From a virus (Duplodnaviria > Heunggongvirae > Uroviricota > Caudoviricetes), in IMG/VR virus record IMGVR_UViG_3300021387_001477: a stretch of DNA of 64,000 bases; one strand, given 5' to 3'. Positions 19,441 to 27,762 of the stretch are shown here, piece by piece (position 1 is the stretch's first letter; each line of letters begins with the position of its first letter). A program made the translations under genes and the position numbers. The notes beneath the pieces are model-generated. The model saw nothing but the letters and a program-made list of their open reading frames with translations. It searched no databases and was not told the DNA's origin.

Positions 19441-19740
19441 ATGAAAGTAAAAATTAATAAAAAGGACACAGAAGATGAGCTGCTTGTCATTGATAATGTA
19501 GACAATATTTATCAATCAGACAACATGCTTCACATTGAGGTCCTAAAAGAGGGAACTAATGCTGAAGTACTGAAATTTCTGGAAATGCTTCAGAGCTTCG
19601 AATGCTTAGATGATGATGCTAAAGAAGACACGCCGTGGGAATTTGTATTATCTCCGGCCAAAGAAAAGTATAATCTTAGCATTATCGAGCTCAAACTTAA
19701 CCAAGAAATTTTTGAGCTCTTCAGTGTTAAAGAAAATTAA
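19441..19740 (+). CDS. hypothetical acidic protein
   Basis: 99-aa ORF. Confidence 0.5.
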   Translation: MKVKINKKDTEDELLVIDNVDNIYQSDNMLHIEVLKEGTNAEVLKFLEMLQSFECLDDDAKEDTPWEFVLSPAKEKYNLSIIELKLNQEIFELFSVKEN

Positions 19741-19767
19741 GAGAGGTTTAATCCTCTCTTTTTTTTA
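19741..19767 (+). terminator. intrinsic terminator (hairpin GAGAGGTTTAATCCTCTC + T8)
   Basis: Perfect stem with AATT-type loop followed by T-run. Confidence 0.6.
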
Positions 19768-19805
19768 TCATAAAAAAAGAAAGTTCTGATATTTCTCAGA
19801 ACTTA

Positions 19806-19879
19806 GTAGCGGGGATCAGGATCGAACTGATGACCTCAACGGGTTATGAGCCCGGAATGCTACCACTGCACTACCCCGC
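19806..19879 (-). tRNA. tRNA-Met (CAU); some non-canonical pairs (acceptor/anticodon stem), possibly initiator-like GGG/CCC anticodon stem
   Basis: Cloverleaf on minus strand: anticodon loop CUCAUAA, T-arm ATCAG/TTCGATC/CTGAT. Confidence 0.55.
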
Positions 19880-19883
19880 GATA

Positions 19884-19958
19884 TTGGTACTCGGAAGGGG
19901 AATTGAACCCCTATTGTGGGAATGAAAATCCCAAGTACTAGCCGTTATACGATCCGAG
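19884..19958 (-). tRNA. tRNA-Glu (UUC), CCA encoded
   Basis: Acceptor GCTCGGA/TCCGAGT, anticodon stem TGGGA/TCCCA loop UUUUCAU, T-arm AGGGG/TTCAATT/CCCCT. Confidence 0.75.
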
Positions 19959-19962
19959 CATT

Positions 19963-19972
19963 ACATATATAA
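19963..19972 (-). promoter_or_regulatory. promoter core (minus orientation) upstream of minus-strand tRNA-Glu/Met pair
   Basis: TTACATATATAAGAAT. Confidence 0.45.
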
Positions 19973-20027
19973 GAATTTGGTCCTTTCTAAGTCGCAAAAA
20001 AAGAAAACCTAGATTATATTTCTAGGT

Positions 20028-20771
20028 TTAATTTTCTCTGCCAATGAAAATTTTAGCTATTTTCCAGGCCTTGTCAGAGAGTTTAAATAGATACTTGTCA
20101 TCGTTATAATTAGGATCCATGATGTCTTTTATAATCTTGGTTCCTAGGATCTCTCTCACTTCTTCACATGCGTCGTGATAAGCTTGGAGATATAAACTCG
20201 ACTCTATTACTTCTCTTGGCGCGTTCTTATAGCATTCAAGATATTTCAATTCTTTTGGTTCGTTTATATCTTCTTCACTCTCCTCCAATACTCCTTCAAT
20301 TCGCCGGTAAAGAAATCCGAGTTTACCAGAATAATCATAAGGGCTGTAGTTATCTGGCACATATTCTAATGGACTAGAAAAAGTAGGTCTTGATACTTTC
20401 CATTGATTTCCACACCCCTTACACTCATTCACTCTAAAGGATTCTAGGTCTGGTTCTTCATCGGCCGAATATGAAAAGCTATTCTTAGAGAGTTTCTGGC
20501 CAAAGACGTATTTATTTATCACATCTTCGCAACCACACTTAGGACATTTAGAGTTTTTGGCTTCACACTCTTTTATATCTTTCCCCATACTCTCTTTCCC
20601 AAGCTTTTCTCTTTCGGCCGTATGTTTTTCCAGCCAAGAGTTAATTAAATTCTTTCTATACTCTTTTCTCTTTTCAACCTCCCACTTTGCTTTTTTCAAC
20701 TCAGCCTTTTTCTTCTCTTCCTTCTTAGCTTTTCTTCTTTTAATTCCAAACCAATCTATCATAACGAACAA
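20028..20771 (-). CDS. hypothetical zinc-ribbon protein
   Basis: CPKCGCED...CKGCGNQW; Lys/Glu-rich N-terminus. Confidence 0.5.
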   Translation of the reverse strand: MFVMIDWFGIKRRKAKKEEKKKAELKKAKWEVEKRKEYRKNLINSWLEKHTAEREKLGKESMGKDIKECEAKNSKCPKCGCEDVINKYVFGQKLSKNSFSYSADEEPDLESFRVNECKGCGNQWKVSRPTFSSPLEYVPDNYSPYDYSGKLGFLYRRIEGVLEESEEDINEPKELKYLECYKNAPREVIESSLYLQAYHDACEEVREILGTKIIKDIMDPNYNDDKYLFKLSDKAWKIAKIFIGREN

Positions 20772-21451
20772 TATTTTTGAAGATCTGAATATAATTGGTT
20801 GACAATCTGAAATAGATTGTAATCAAATACCCCAATATTAAAATCCAACAGCTCTCTTAGTGCTTTCATCTGTTCCTTGCTGGGCTTCCAATGAGACTGA
20901 AGATTAAACCTTTTAGGAAGATAATCAATCCATTCTAGGCATTCTTCTACGCATCCTACTCTATTTGGATCAATTATGTTTTCATTAACAAAATCACGAA
21001 TATTCTTAAGTATGAATTCATCTTTCTCACTCCACTCTGCTGACTTAGGATTCTCTTTTGCAAGTCTTTTAAGAATTACTTTAGCCTCATTGACATTATT
21101 ATAGGCATCCTCTACACCTTTTACATATCCGCGATTGTGAATATCCTCTAGAGACTCTGTGAGTTTTTGCTCTTTCTGCTTTTCGAGGTAGTCCGACATT
21201 TCTCTATATGACGTTTCAGAAATACGTTCAGAAATGGCAGCATCTCGTAAAGTGTTCTTAATCATTTGCCTTATCCTTTCATCTTCATTCTCCTTTAGTT
21301 CGGGGAAGAGAGATTCTAGGGCACGTTTTGTTTCATCACTAGCGGTTTCGTATATAACCCTAGCTTCTTCTAATTTTTCTTTCATATCATTTATAAGAAT
21401 TTGAAAGAAAAAAAACGGTCGGAGCATCATCACCCGGACCGTTCCAAACAT
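20759..21451 (-). CDS. hypothetical protein
   Basis: 230-aa ORF; promoter CCATATATAAGG at 21479-21490. Confidence 0.5.
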   Translation of the reverse strand: MFGTVRVMMLRPFFFFQILINDMKEKLEEARVIYETASDETKRALESLFPELKENEDERIRQMIKNTLRDAAISERISETSYREMSDYLEKQKEQKLTESLEDIHNRGYVKGVEDAYNNVNEAKVILKRLAKENPKSAEWSEKDEFILKNIRDFVNENIIDPNRVGCVEECLEWIDYLPKRFNLQSHWKPSKEQMKALRELLDFNIGVFDYNLFQIVNQLYSDLQKYCSL

Positions 21452-21492
21452 AGAAAGGCAGCTCTATGCTTATTAAGACCATATATAAGGAT

Positions 21493-21870
21493 TTAAGGTT
21501 CTTCAGGAAATATTGTCTTGTAATATCGTATGATCTCCTCCAACTCAATTTTTCTTCTCCTTACAAGATCTTTATATAAATTCTCTGCATCTTCCTTAGA
21601 GGTCCTACAGATTATAAGATCACCAAACTTAAATTCATCATATCCTTCACTATTGAGACAAGAGCAAGAATAATACCTACTATATATTATCATGTTTATC
21701 CTGTGTCTCTTATTAGTTTCGAGAACTGTATATTTGAATCGTAGATAGGTGGTTTCTTGAGAGGATTTTATATTAATAACTCTCTCCTCCTGAATGGCAT
21801 ATCCTATAGCATCACCTTTCTCGTTAAATTTAGGAACGAGCACCCAAATCTTTTCTATATTATTCCACAT
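21493..21870 (-). CDS. hypothetical protein
   Basis: 125-aa ORF. Confidence 0.5.
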   Translation of the reverse strand: MWNNIEKIWVLVPKFNEKGDAIGYAIQEERVINIKSSQETTYLRFKYTVLETNKRHRINMIIYSRYYSCSCLNSEGYDEFKFGDLIICRTSKEDAENLYKDLVRRRKIELEEIIRYYKTIFPEEP

Positions 21871-21927
21871 AGCATTTATAAGGGAAATAAATCCACCTGA
21901 AATCCTTATAGTTGACAGTAAATGTCT

Positions 21928-22225
21928 GGTCCATTAATTCAGTGGTTAGAATGGCTGACTCATGATTATTACGATTGTGTGCTTAGGAAGGAAACGCCTA
22001 AGTAGATTCCCCCAAATTCGGTGAAAGCTAAGGAGAAATCTATGCTAATACCGAGCCAAGCAGGTATATATAATAAATACTGGGCGTGTGTAGAGACTAG
22101 ATGGAGGAGGCCTAAGTAGAAATATATGGTCGTGGTATAGTCCAGTTCAGCAAACATGAAATTATGGCACGAAAGTGTAGTTGAAACGAATCAGTAAGTC
22201 GCAGGTTCAAATCCTGCATGGACCA
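21928..22225 (+). tRNA. tRNA-Met/Ile (CAU) interrupted by a 225-nt group I intron (21964..22188) between positions 36 and 37
   Basis: Exon1 GGTCCAT..GCTGA-CUCAU (ends in U); exon2 AA-TCAGT-AAGTC-GCAGGTTCAAATCCTGC-ATGGACC-A; intron ends in G. Confidence 0.7.
21964..22188 (+). mobile_element. group I intron (ORF-less) in tRNA-Met
   Basis: TTCGGTGAAAGCTAAGG...GCTAATACCGAGCCAAG...TGTAGAGACTAGATGGAGG (R element)...GGTATAGTCC (S element). Confidence 0.75.
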
Positions 22226-22296
22226 CAAATAAAAAATCTAATAGTCCGATAGCTAGAGATATCGTCTCTCGGACTATTTTCGAAACAATAACAGAC

Positions 22297-22596
22297 GGCC
22301 CGATAGTTCAGAGGATAGAACGACAGCCTTGAAGCGCTAAAAATGATATTAGCATTAGGAGTGCACTGAGGGAAACTTCAGATGTAGAACTCTTCAAATT
22401 CGGGGAAAGCGTAATAGCCAATCCCGAGCCAAGCCTAGAAAATCGTTCTAGGAAGGTGTAGAGACTAGACGGAGAGGGCCTAAAAGATTATTTGATAATC
22501 TCATGGTCAAGGGATAGTCCGAGATGAGAATTATTATTAATTATTCTCATTGAGCTAAGCTGTAAGTCCTGCGTTCGAATCGCAGTCGGGCCGCCA
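22297..22596 (+). tRNA. tRNA-Arg (UCU, inferred from splice rules) interrupted by a 224-nt group I intron (22331..22554); CCA encoded
   Basis: GGCCCGA-TA-GTTC-AGAGGATA-GAAC-G-ACAGC-CUU|intron|CUAA-GCTGT-AAGTC-CTGCG-TTCGAAT-CGCAG-TCGGGCC-G-CCA; anticodon assignment depends on exact junction. Confidence 0.6.
22331..22554 (+). mobile_element. group I intron (ORF-less) in tRNA-Arg
   Basis: GAGTGCACTGAGGGAAACTTCAGATGTAGAAC...TTCGGGGAAAGCG...CCCGAGCCAAGCC...GGTGTAGAGACTAGACGGAGAGGGCCTAA...GGGATAGTCCGAG. Confidence 0.75.
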
Positions 22597-22737
22597 ATAA
22601 AAACCATTTGGAGTTAACATTCAATAAGATTCGTAAAGAGTGAGAATGTGAATAGCAGAAAACGCTAGCTCCTCAACATAAAATTAACAAATCCAGATAT
22701 AGATCTTCTGCTTATACAGAATTCTAATCTGGACAGA

Positions 22738-22808
22738 AGCAGGATTGGTGTAATGGTAGCATTTGACACCTCCAATGTCACGGTAGGATTTCGAATATCC
22801 TATCCTGC
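22738..22808 (+). tRNA. tRNA-Gly (UCC)
   Basis: Acceptor GCAGGAT/ATCCTGC perfectly paired, anticodon stem TGACA/TGTCA loop CCUCCAA, T-arm AGGAT/TTCGAAT/ATCCT. Confidence 0.75.
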
Positions 22809-22894
22809 TCGAATCCGACAAAGGATAACTTAGTCATATCTCCTTAAAGGAGATGTTTCTTTTTTATTTATCCGGGAAGCGGTAAAGTTAAGTT

Positions 22895-24136
22895 ATGACA
22901 TTAGACGAGTTTAAAAATCTAAGCGATGAAGAACTAATTGGTCTATTTAAAGATTTTGGGTATAGTGCTAAGAATATAAACAACGCTTTTGGTTTTTCCA
23001 GAAATACAACGGAAAGGCTATTCAACAAAAGAGGAATTGATCGTAATAAACTAATAGAAGGCCACGATAATGAAGCAAAAGAAGAATATGAAAAGAATCC
23101 AAAGATTTGTAAATACTGTGGTAACCCAATGCCTTGGGAAAAGCGAAGAAATATGTATTGTAATAGTTCCTGCGCTGCTTCTGAAAACAATAAAGGAGTG
23201 GTCAGAAATGTGGAAGGAAATATTGTTAATCTTAAGAAAGCAAATCCTAATATAGGAAATGCAAAATATCCTGGGGAGCTAAGCGAAGCAAGAAGAAGAC
23301 AAGTCGAGCACAATAATATTATAAAGAATCATGAAGATTTAGATATTCCTGAAATAGGCTTGGGGTGTTGCTTTATTTGTGGACAAAAAGAGTGTTCTAG
23401 TGAATTTTGTAAAGAACATAACTTTAGCCAGCTTATTGGTTTATCGTATCGTTATGGACTAGATTCAAAATTAATAGGAACTGTTAATATATTTAATGAG
23501 TTTACAAGAATCAGAGAGTTAGTATATGACCTATATTGGAATCAGGGACTCTCAGGACGAGACTTGTCAGAACGATTTGGGGTTCCAGAATCTACTATAA
23601 TATCACAAGATTTTGATGTTTTAGATATTCCAAGACGATCAGCAGAAGAGTCAGTAAGAAACTCGCTACTTCAAGGAAAACGGCTTCCACCTCTAAACTC
23701 AAAGATTGGAATACAGGAATGGCATACTACTTGGACAGGAGAACGCGTATTCCTTAGAAGCTCTTATGAGACAGACTATGCAAATTGGCTTGATGAAAAC
23801 CAAATATCATATTCAGTTGAAGAGCTTAGAATAGAATATTATGATACTCAACAAAATAAAACTAGAATAGCTATACCAGACTTTTACTTATCCAGCACTA
23901 ATGAGATAGTTGAAATCAAATCAGATTTTACACTAGACATACAAGAAATGCTAGATAAGTTTAATGCATATAAAGAGAATGGCTATATTCCAAAATTAGT
24001 TCTTGAAGGAAAAGAGGTAGATATCTATAGAATTGAGGAAGAGATTGATGAAAAAAGAATTAATAAGATAAAAACAAAAAATATTAATTCATTCAGAAAC
24101 AATGGAAACTCAGATATAGATCGAGATAAGACTTAA
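22895..24136 (+). CDS. hypothetical nuclease-like protein: N-terminal HTH-like, Cys4 zinc ribbon, C-terminal putative PD-(D/E)xK motif
   Basis: CKYCGNPMPW...CNSSC; IPDFYL...EIVEIKSD pattern. Confidence 0.4.
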   Translation: MTLDEFKNLSDEELIGLFKDFGYSAKNINNAFGFSRNTTERLFNKRGIDRNKLIEGHDNEAKEEYEKNPKICKYCGNPMPWEKRRNMYCNSSCAASENNKGVVRNVEGNIVNLKKANPNIGNAKYPGELSEARRRQVEHNNIIKNHEDLDIPEIGLGCCFICGQKECSSEFCKEHNFSQLIGLSYRYGLDSKLIGTVNIFNEFTRIRELVYDLYWNQGLSGRDLSERFGVPESTIISQDFDVLDIPRRSAEESVRNSLLQGKRLPPLNSKIGIQEWHTTWTGERVFLRSSYETDYANWLDENQISYSVEELRIEYYDTQQNKTRIAIPDFYLSSTNEIVEIKSDFTLDIQEMLDKFNAYKENGYIPKLVLEGKEVDIYRIEEEIDEKRINKIKTKNINSFRNNGNSDIDRDKT

Positions 24137-24232
24137 ACTGCTTATCTCCCTCTTTTCTTTTTTTTTGCGGAAATAAACCTCCCAAATTCTTATATTTGTT
24201 AATGAGACTAATTCTCGTTAACAAGGAATAAT

Positions 24233-24469
24233 ATGAATGAAAACAATAAGAAAACATTAATGCAATTCTTAAAGGTCCTGAGTGTATTTCTCTTAGGATT
24301 TATAGCATTGATTCCTAACGTGGAAATTTTCAATATGGCTGCAAAGCACTATACTGACGGTTTTCACGTGGTAGTCGCTATCTTAAATCTTATTGCTGAA
24401 GGTTTTGGTATTTACTTCTACCAGAAAGCAATTGGAGCATTTAGCGAGTTTAAGGGAGGCAGTAAATAA
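24233..24469 (+). CDS. small membrane protein
   Basis: 78-aa ORF with two hydrophobic helices; followed by hairpin GGCCTGG...CCAGGCC. Confidence 0.45.
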   Translation: MNENNKKTLMQFLKVLSVFLLGFIALIPNVEIFNMAAKHYTDGFHVVVAILNLIAEGFGIYFYQKAIGAFSEFKGGSK

Positions 24470-24544
24470 GACTTCCTCCCCATAAACCAAAAGGCCTGGT
24501 AATTGTTTGAACTCTCCCAGGCCGCGACACATATTATAACAAAA

Positions 24545-24617
24545 GTCCCAGTAGGCAAGTGATTAAGCCAAGAATCTGCAAAATTCTTAATCGTTGGTTT
24601 GAATCCAGCCTGGGACT
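24545..24617 (+). tRNA. tRNA-Cys (GCA)
   Basis: Acceptor GTCCCAG/CTGGGAC, anticodon stem AGAAT/ATTCT loop CUGCAAA, T-arm GTTGG/TTTGAAT/CCAGC. Confidence 0.7.
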
Positions 24618-24762
24618 CTTTCAAAATAAATGACAACAAACACATTATCGACAACATATGAAAAGAATTTATTTTTTCGGCTAGGTACTAGGTATCGAAG
24701 CCGTGTGTGTCGAGATTAGTTTTACGCCTCCATAATTTTAGATTTAGTAAACTTTCAAAATC

Positions 24763-25278
24763 ATGGAACTAATTAAATCGAAAAATAACTTTAAAATATT
24801 TGTAATTATGGAAACTAGAATAAATCTTGACTCAGCTATCAATCTCAGCATTATCAACACCAAAGATTTCGTACTTTGGTTAAAACAAGAAATCAAAAGT
24901 CTCGTAGAGGATCAAAAAATATCCAAACGAGATAGAAAAGATGTCAATCATCCTTGTCCAGAAAAGAGAAAGTATCGTTGCTACGAAGCTATGTTCAGAG
25001 TAATTAATAATAGAAGCACTTTGAGATACTACTACGCTCTATACTATGCTCTTAGACACTGCAAGGACATCGATTGGAGTAGCTTTTCTTATACAAACAA
25101 TAAGTGGAGCAGTTGGGAGGGTGGATTTGTTGCTGCTATAATGAATGCAACTAAATCCATTGATGAAAACCTTAACAACTACTACTATTCGTTTGCTAAA
25201 GAAATTGGAGATCTTGTTTATAGATATGCAGAGAAAATCGTTAGAGAAGGGACAGAGAAGGCTTTATGTAATTGTTGA
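24763..25278 (+). CDS. hypothetical protein
   Basis: 171-aa ORF; 3' end overlaps next gene in another frame. Confidence 0.45.
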   Translation: MELIKSKNNFKIFVIMETRINLDSAINLSIINTKDFVLWLKQEIKSLVEDQKISKRDRKDVNHPCPEKRKYRCYEAMFRVINNRSTLRYYYALYYALRHCKDIDWSSFSYTNNKWSSWEGGFVAAIMNATKSIDENLNNYYYSFAKEIGDLVYRYAEKIVREGTEKALCNC

Positions 25279-25537
25279 CGAAAGCCTTGACCCAATTTAT
25301 GGCTGTGTTCAAGGAGGTCATGCTTTAGCGCAATATCTACTTGACTATGGCTATGAAAATTGGGAAAACGAATATCTGATCTACTTATACGGAAATACAG
25401 AATACTGGAAAGACGTATTAACTATGAGAGGAATGAAGTTTGCAGAATTTCATGAACCTGATCTTAACGATAAACTCACGGCTCTAGCAGTCGTTAATGA
25501 TGGGGGCATGTTTAGGAAATTGAAAATAGTCTCCTAA
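25226..25537 (+). CDS. putative peptidyl-tRNA hydrolase PTH2-like protein (start inferred at internal Met)
   Basis: YVIVDESLDPIYGCVQGGHALAQYLL resembles PTH2 signature (VxVVRxDLxMGxGKxxAQxxHA); adjacent to tRNA cluster. Confidence 0.35.
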   Translation: MQRKSLEKGQRRLYVIVDESLDPIYGCVQGGHALAQYLLDYGYENWENEYLIYLYGNTEYWKDVLTMRGMKFAEFHEPDLNDKLTALAVVNDGGMFRKLKIVS

Positions 25538-25593
25538 CGCCCTGAACACCCTTTCCTTGGTTGTGGGGACCTAGAGTCAAACAACCAGGCTAT

Positions 25594-25665
25594 GATCCAT
25601 TAGTTCAACGATAGAACAACTGTCCCTAAAACAGCACGTTGTCGGTTTGAATCCGACATGGATCA
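25594..25665 (+). tRNA. tRNA with anticodon CUA (amber-suppressor-like; anticodon loop CCCUAAA with C33 and a 27-43 mismatch)
   Basis: GATCCAT-TA-GTTC-AACGATA-GAAC-A-ACTGT-CCCUAAA-ACAGC-ACGTT-GTCGG-TTTGAAT-CCGAC-ATGGATC-A; otherwise canonical 72-nt cloverleaf. Confidence 0.5.
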
Positions 25666-25702
25666 CAAAGGACCTAAAATCCTTATAAAAGAAAATAAAT
25701 AA

Positions 25703-25775
25703 GCCTCAGTAGATCAATTGGTAGATCAAATCACTTGTAATGATTAGGTTGCGGGATCATACCCTGCCTGAGGCT
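25703..25775 (+). tRNA. tRNA-Thr (UGU)
   Basis: Acceptor GCCTCAG/CTGAGGC, anticodon stem AATCA/TGATT loop CUUGUAA, T-arm GCGGG/ATCATAC/CCTGC. Confidence 0.75.
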
Positions 25776-25783
25776 CAGAAAAT

Positions 25784-25857
25784 GGGCTCGTAGTTCAATT
25801 GGTAGAATTCCTGATTTGCATTCAGGGGGTTTGGGGAATCGTGCTCCCCCGGGTCCA
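25784..25857 (+). tRNA. tRNA-Ala (UGC) with G3:U70
   Basis: Acceptor GGGCTCG/CGGGTCC (G3-U70 wobble), anticodon stem CCTGA/TCAGG loop UUUGCAU. Confidence 0.65.
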
Positions 25858-25878
25858 CAATCGAAACAAAATAACAAC

Positions 25879-25938
25879 GGAAAGTAGTGCTAACGGCGAC
25901 TTTTAATAGGGTATGTAGTTCGATGCCACTGCTTTCCG
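25879..25938 (+). pseudogene. 60-nt truncated tRNA-like element (acceptor GGAAAGT/GCTTTCC paired, too short for a cloverleaf)
   Basis: Acceptor-like pairing and TTCGATG T-loop-like block but missing arm(s); same acceptor design as following tRNA-Ser. Confidence 0.3.
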
Positions 25939-25950
25939 CAAAAACTATAT

Positions 25951-26038
25951 GGAAGGTTATTTCACCCGGCGGTGGACCTAGTCTTGAAAATTAGTGGTAC
26001 GTAAGCATTCGTATGGGGATCGACACCTCAGCCTTCCG
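25951..26038 (+). tRNA. tRNA-Ser (UGA), type II with long variable arm
   Basis: Acceptor GGAAGGT/GCCTTCC, anticodon stem CTAGT/ATTAG loop CUUGAAA, variable stem TACG/CGTA, 88 nt. Confidence 0.5.
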
Positions 26039-26057
26039 CTCAAAACAAAATAACAAT

Positions 26058-26390
26058 CGGGATGTAGCGCAGTTGGTAGCGCATGTGGTTTGGGACCACA
26101 GGGTCGCAGGTTTATTTTTACAATGGACGTCTATAGTGGAAACATTATAGAGAATAATTGGGCAAAAACGGTGAAGGCTGAGATTGCTAACGCCGTGCTA
26201 ACTAGATATATTGCGAAAGGATATCTAGCAGCGTAACGCATAGGAAGTGAATAAATATAATCTTCCCACGAGTGTCCAACAGCCACAGTAGATGTGGTTG
26301 AAAACGTATGCTGGACTAATACAAAATGAAGTATTAGAACATAGAGATAAAAAGCTTTATGGTTAACATTCGCGAGTCCTGTCATCCCGA
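26058..26390 (+). tRNA. tRNA-Pro (UGG) interrupted in the T-loop by a 260-nt family-B group I intron (26113..26372)
   Basis: Exon1 CGGGATG-TA-GCGC-AGTTGGTA-GCGC-A-TGTGG-UUUGGGA-CCACA-GGGTC-GCAGG-TT (ends U); exon2 CGAGT-CCTGT-CATCCCG-A restores T-loop TTCGAGT and acceptor; intron ends ...AACATTCG. Confidence 0.7.
26113..26372 (+). mobile_element. family-B small group I intron in tRNA-Pro T-loop
   Basis: GACGTCTATAGTGGAAACATTATAGAG...ACGGTGAAGGCTGAGATTGCTAACGCCGTGCTAACTAG...GCGTAACGCATAGGAAGTGAATAAATATAATCTTCC. Confidence 0.65.
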
Positions 26391-26411
26391 CTAAAAGAAA
26401 ATAGGTAGAAA

Positions 26412-26990
26412 TTGAATCTACCTATTATTTTCCTTATTTATGTTATGAAGAGTATAATTGAAAAACTAGAATTACCTAATCTTAATAAGAAGAGAGATTG
26501 GAAAGCTGAAGAAATCAAAGAACTTCATGAGAAAGTCGAGACCTATGTGAGAGAACTGGAGAACTATACTGACAAACTGCACGGTTTAGTAGTTAAAGTA
26601 GTTAACATTCCAAAGATGAAGGAACTCTTGGGTGAATTTTTTAACAGTCATCCAGAAATCAAGTTTATAGGGTTTGTTAATCGTGTTTGTGGAGATGACG
26701 ACTCTGGAAATTGTTCTTGGGAAGACTCTGAATGGGATCAAATCTTCATAGACAATAACGATGAAGTAGTTGAGATATCCAAAGAGCAACTTTCAGAACA
26801 TATCAGAGAGCAGGCAAGTGATCTGTTTACTGAATCTTTCCCAGGGCTTTCTTTTGATGGTGGAGACAATGCATCTTGGGATTCGAGAGCTGATCAATGG
26901 TATGGCATAACTCGTGATATGAAGCCAGCATTTTGGGCAGATTATGACGAAGATGAAGATAATGATACTCCAGTTTTTGAAATTATTTGA
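26412..26990 (+). CDS. hypothetical acidic protein
   Basis: 192-aa ORF. Confidence 0.5.
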   Translation: MNLPIIFLIYVMKSIIEKLELPNLNKKRDWKAEEIKELHEKVETYVRELENYTDKLHGLVVKVVNIPKMKELLGEFFNSHPEIKFIGFVNRVCGDDDSGNCSWEDSEWDQIFIDNNDEVVEISKEQLSEHIREQASDLFTESFPGLSFDGGDNASWDSRADQWYGITRDMKPAFWADYDEDEDNDTPVFEII

Positions 26991-27387
26991 TATGTTTTAT
27001 AAAGTAAGAGGATATCATAATAATCTTACTCCAAGTGAATTAGATTTTGATGAGGACGAGTATGGTGATGTTATTCCTAAGACTGTACTTGCAAATAGTA
27101 TAGAAGAAGCAAGAGAGAAGATACTACTAAGCGTAATTCAAAATATACAGCTTGAGTTCCCGGAATTAAACACATCACACCTTAAAAGATATGTAGACTC
27201 GGCCGGTAAGAAGGAGTGGATGCTTAATGGATATAGGTACATTTGTTTTGAAATTGTAGTGGGCCCAGATGATATAGACCCAGACGGCTTAATAGATGAA
27301 GATGTTGATAGTTATGAGGATTTCTTAGACGGGAAGTATATTCATATCCTAGTTGATGAAAACCCGATAAAACTCGACGTAAATTAA
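26944..27387 (+). CDS. hypothetical acidic protein
   Basis: 147-aa ORF (true start may be internal). Confidence 0.45.
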   Translation: MTKMKIMILQFLKLFDMFYKVRGYHNNLTPSELDFDEDEYGDVIPKTVLANSIEEAREKILLSVIQNIQLEFPELNTSHLKRYVDSAGKKEWMLNGYRYICFEIVVGPDDIDPDGLIDEDVDSYEDFLDGKYIHILVDENPIKLDVN

Positions 27388-27394
27388 AATAAAA

Positions 27395-27428
27395 AGAGTA
27401 GATTTTAATTTCTACTCTTTCTTTTTAT
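27395..27428 (+). terminator. bidirectional intrinsic terminator (AGAGTAGATTTTAATTTCTACTCT + T-run) between convergent genes
   Basis: Perfect hairpin flanked by A-run and T-run. Confidence 0.55.
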
Positions 27429-27762
27429 TCTTTCTTATATCCTTTCTTAACTCTTCCCATTCCGCTTCTCCTCCAGGCATATCCCATAATCCCATCTTTC
27501 GTCCAGCATAAGCAATAAACATAAGGTGAGGTGCATATTGTGGGTCAGCTTTCCAGAGATAATAATGAAGAGTGCAATGATCTATAAAATTTACATACAG
27601 CCAATTATTACGATCATTCTTTAGGCTCGGATCTATTTTCTTAGGTATTATATGATGAACACCTATCGACTGAGGAGACCACGAGCCAGGATCTTGATCG
27701 TTTCTTTTTGGCTGTGTTTTCATAAAAATTTTATTTTCTTGTTCGTGTTTTTCTACCTCCAA
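27412..27762 (-). CDS. small HNH nuclease domain protein
   Basis: GVHHIIPKKIDPSLKNDRNNWLYVNFIDHCTLH (H-N-H). Confidence 0.5.
   Translation of the reverse strand: MEVEKHEQENKIFMKTQPKRNDQDPGSWSPQSIGVHHIIPKKIDPSLKNDRNNWLYVNFIDHCTLHYYLWKADPQYAPHLMFIAYAGRKMGLWDMPGGEAEWEELRKDIRKNKKKE

Noticed and set aside
19800-22900. Integration site / attP next to tRNAs, or integrase
   Set aside because: No integrase, excisionase or recombinase-like ORF anywhere in the window; tRNAs are part of a phage tRNA bank driven by phage promoters
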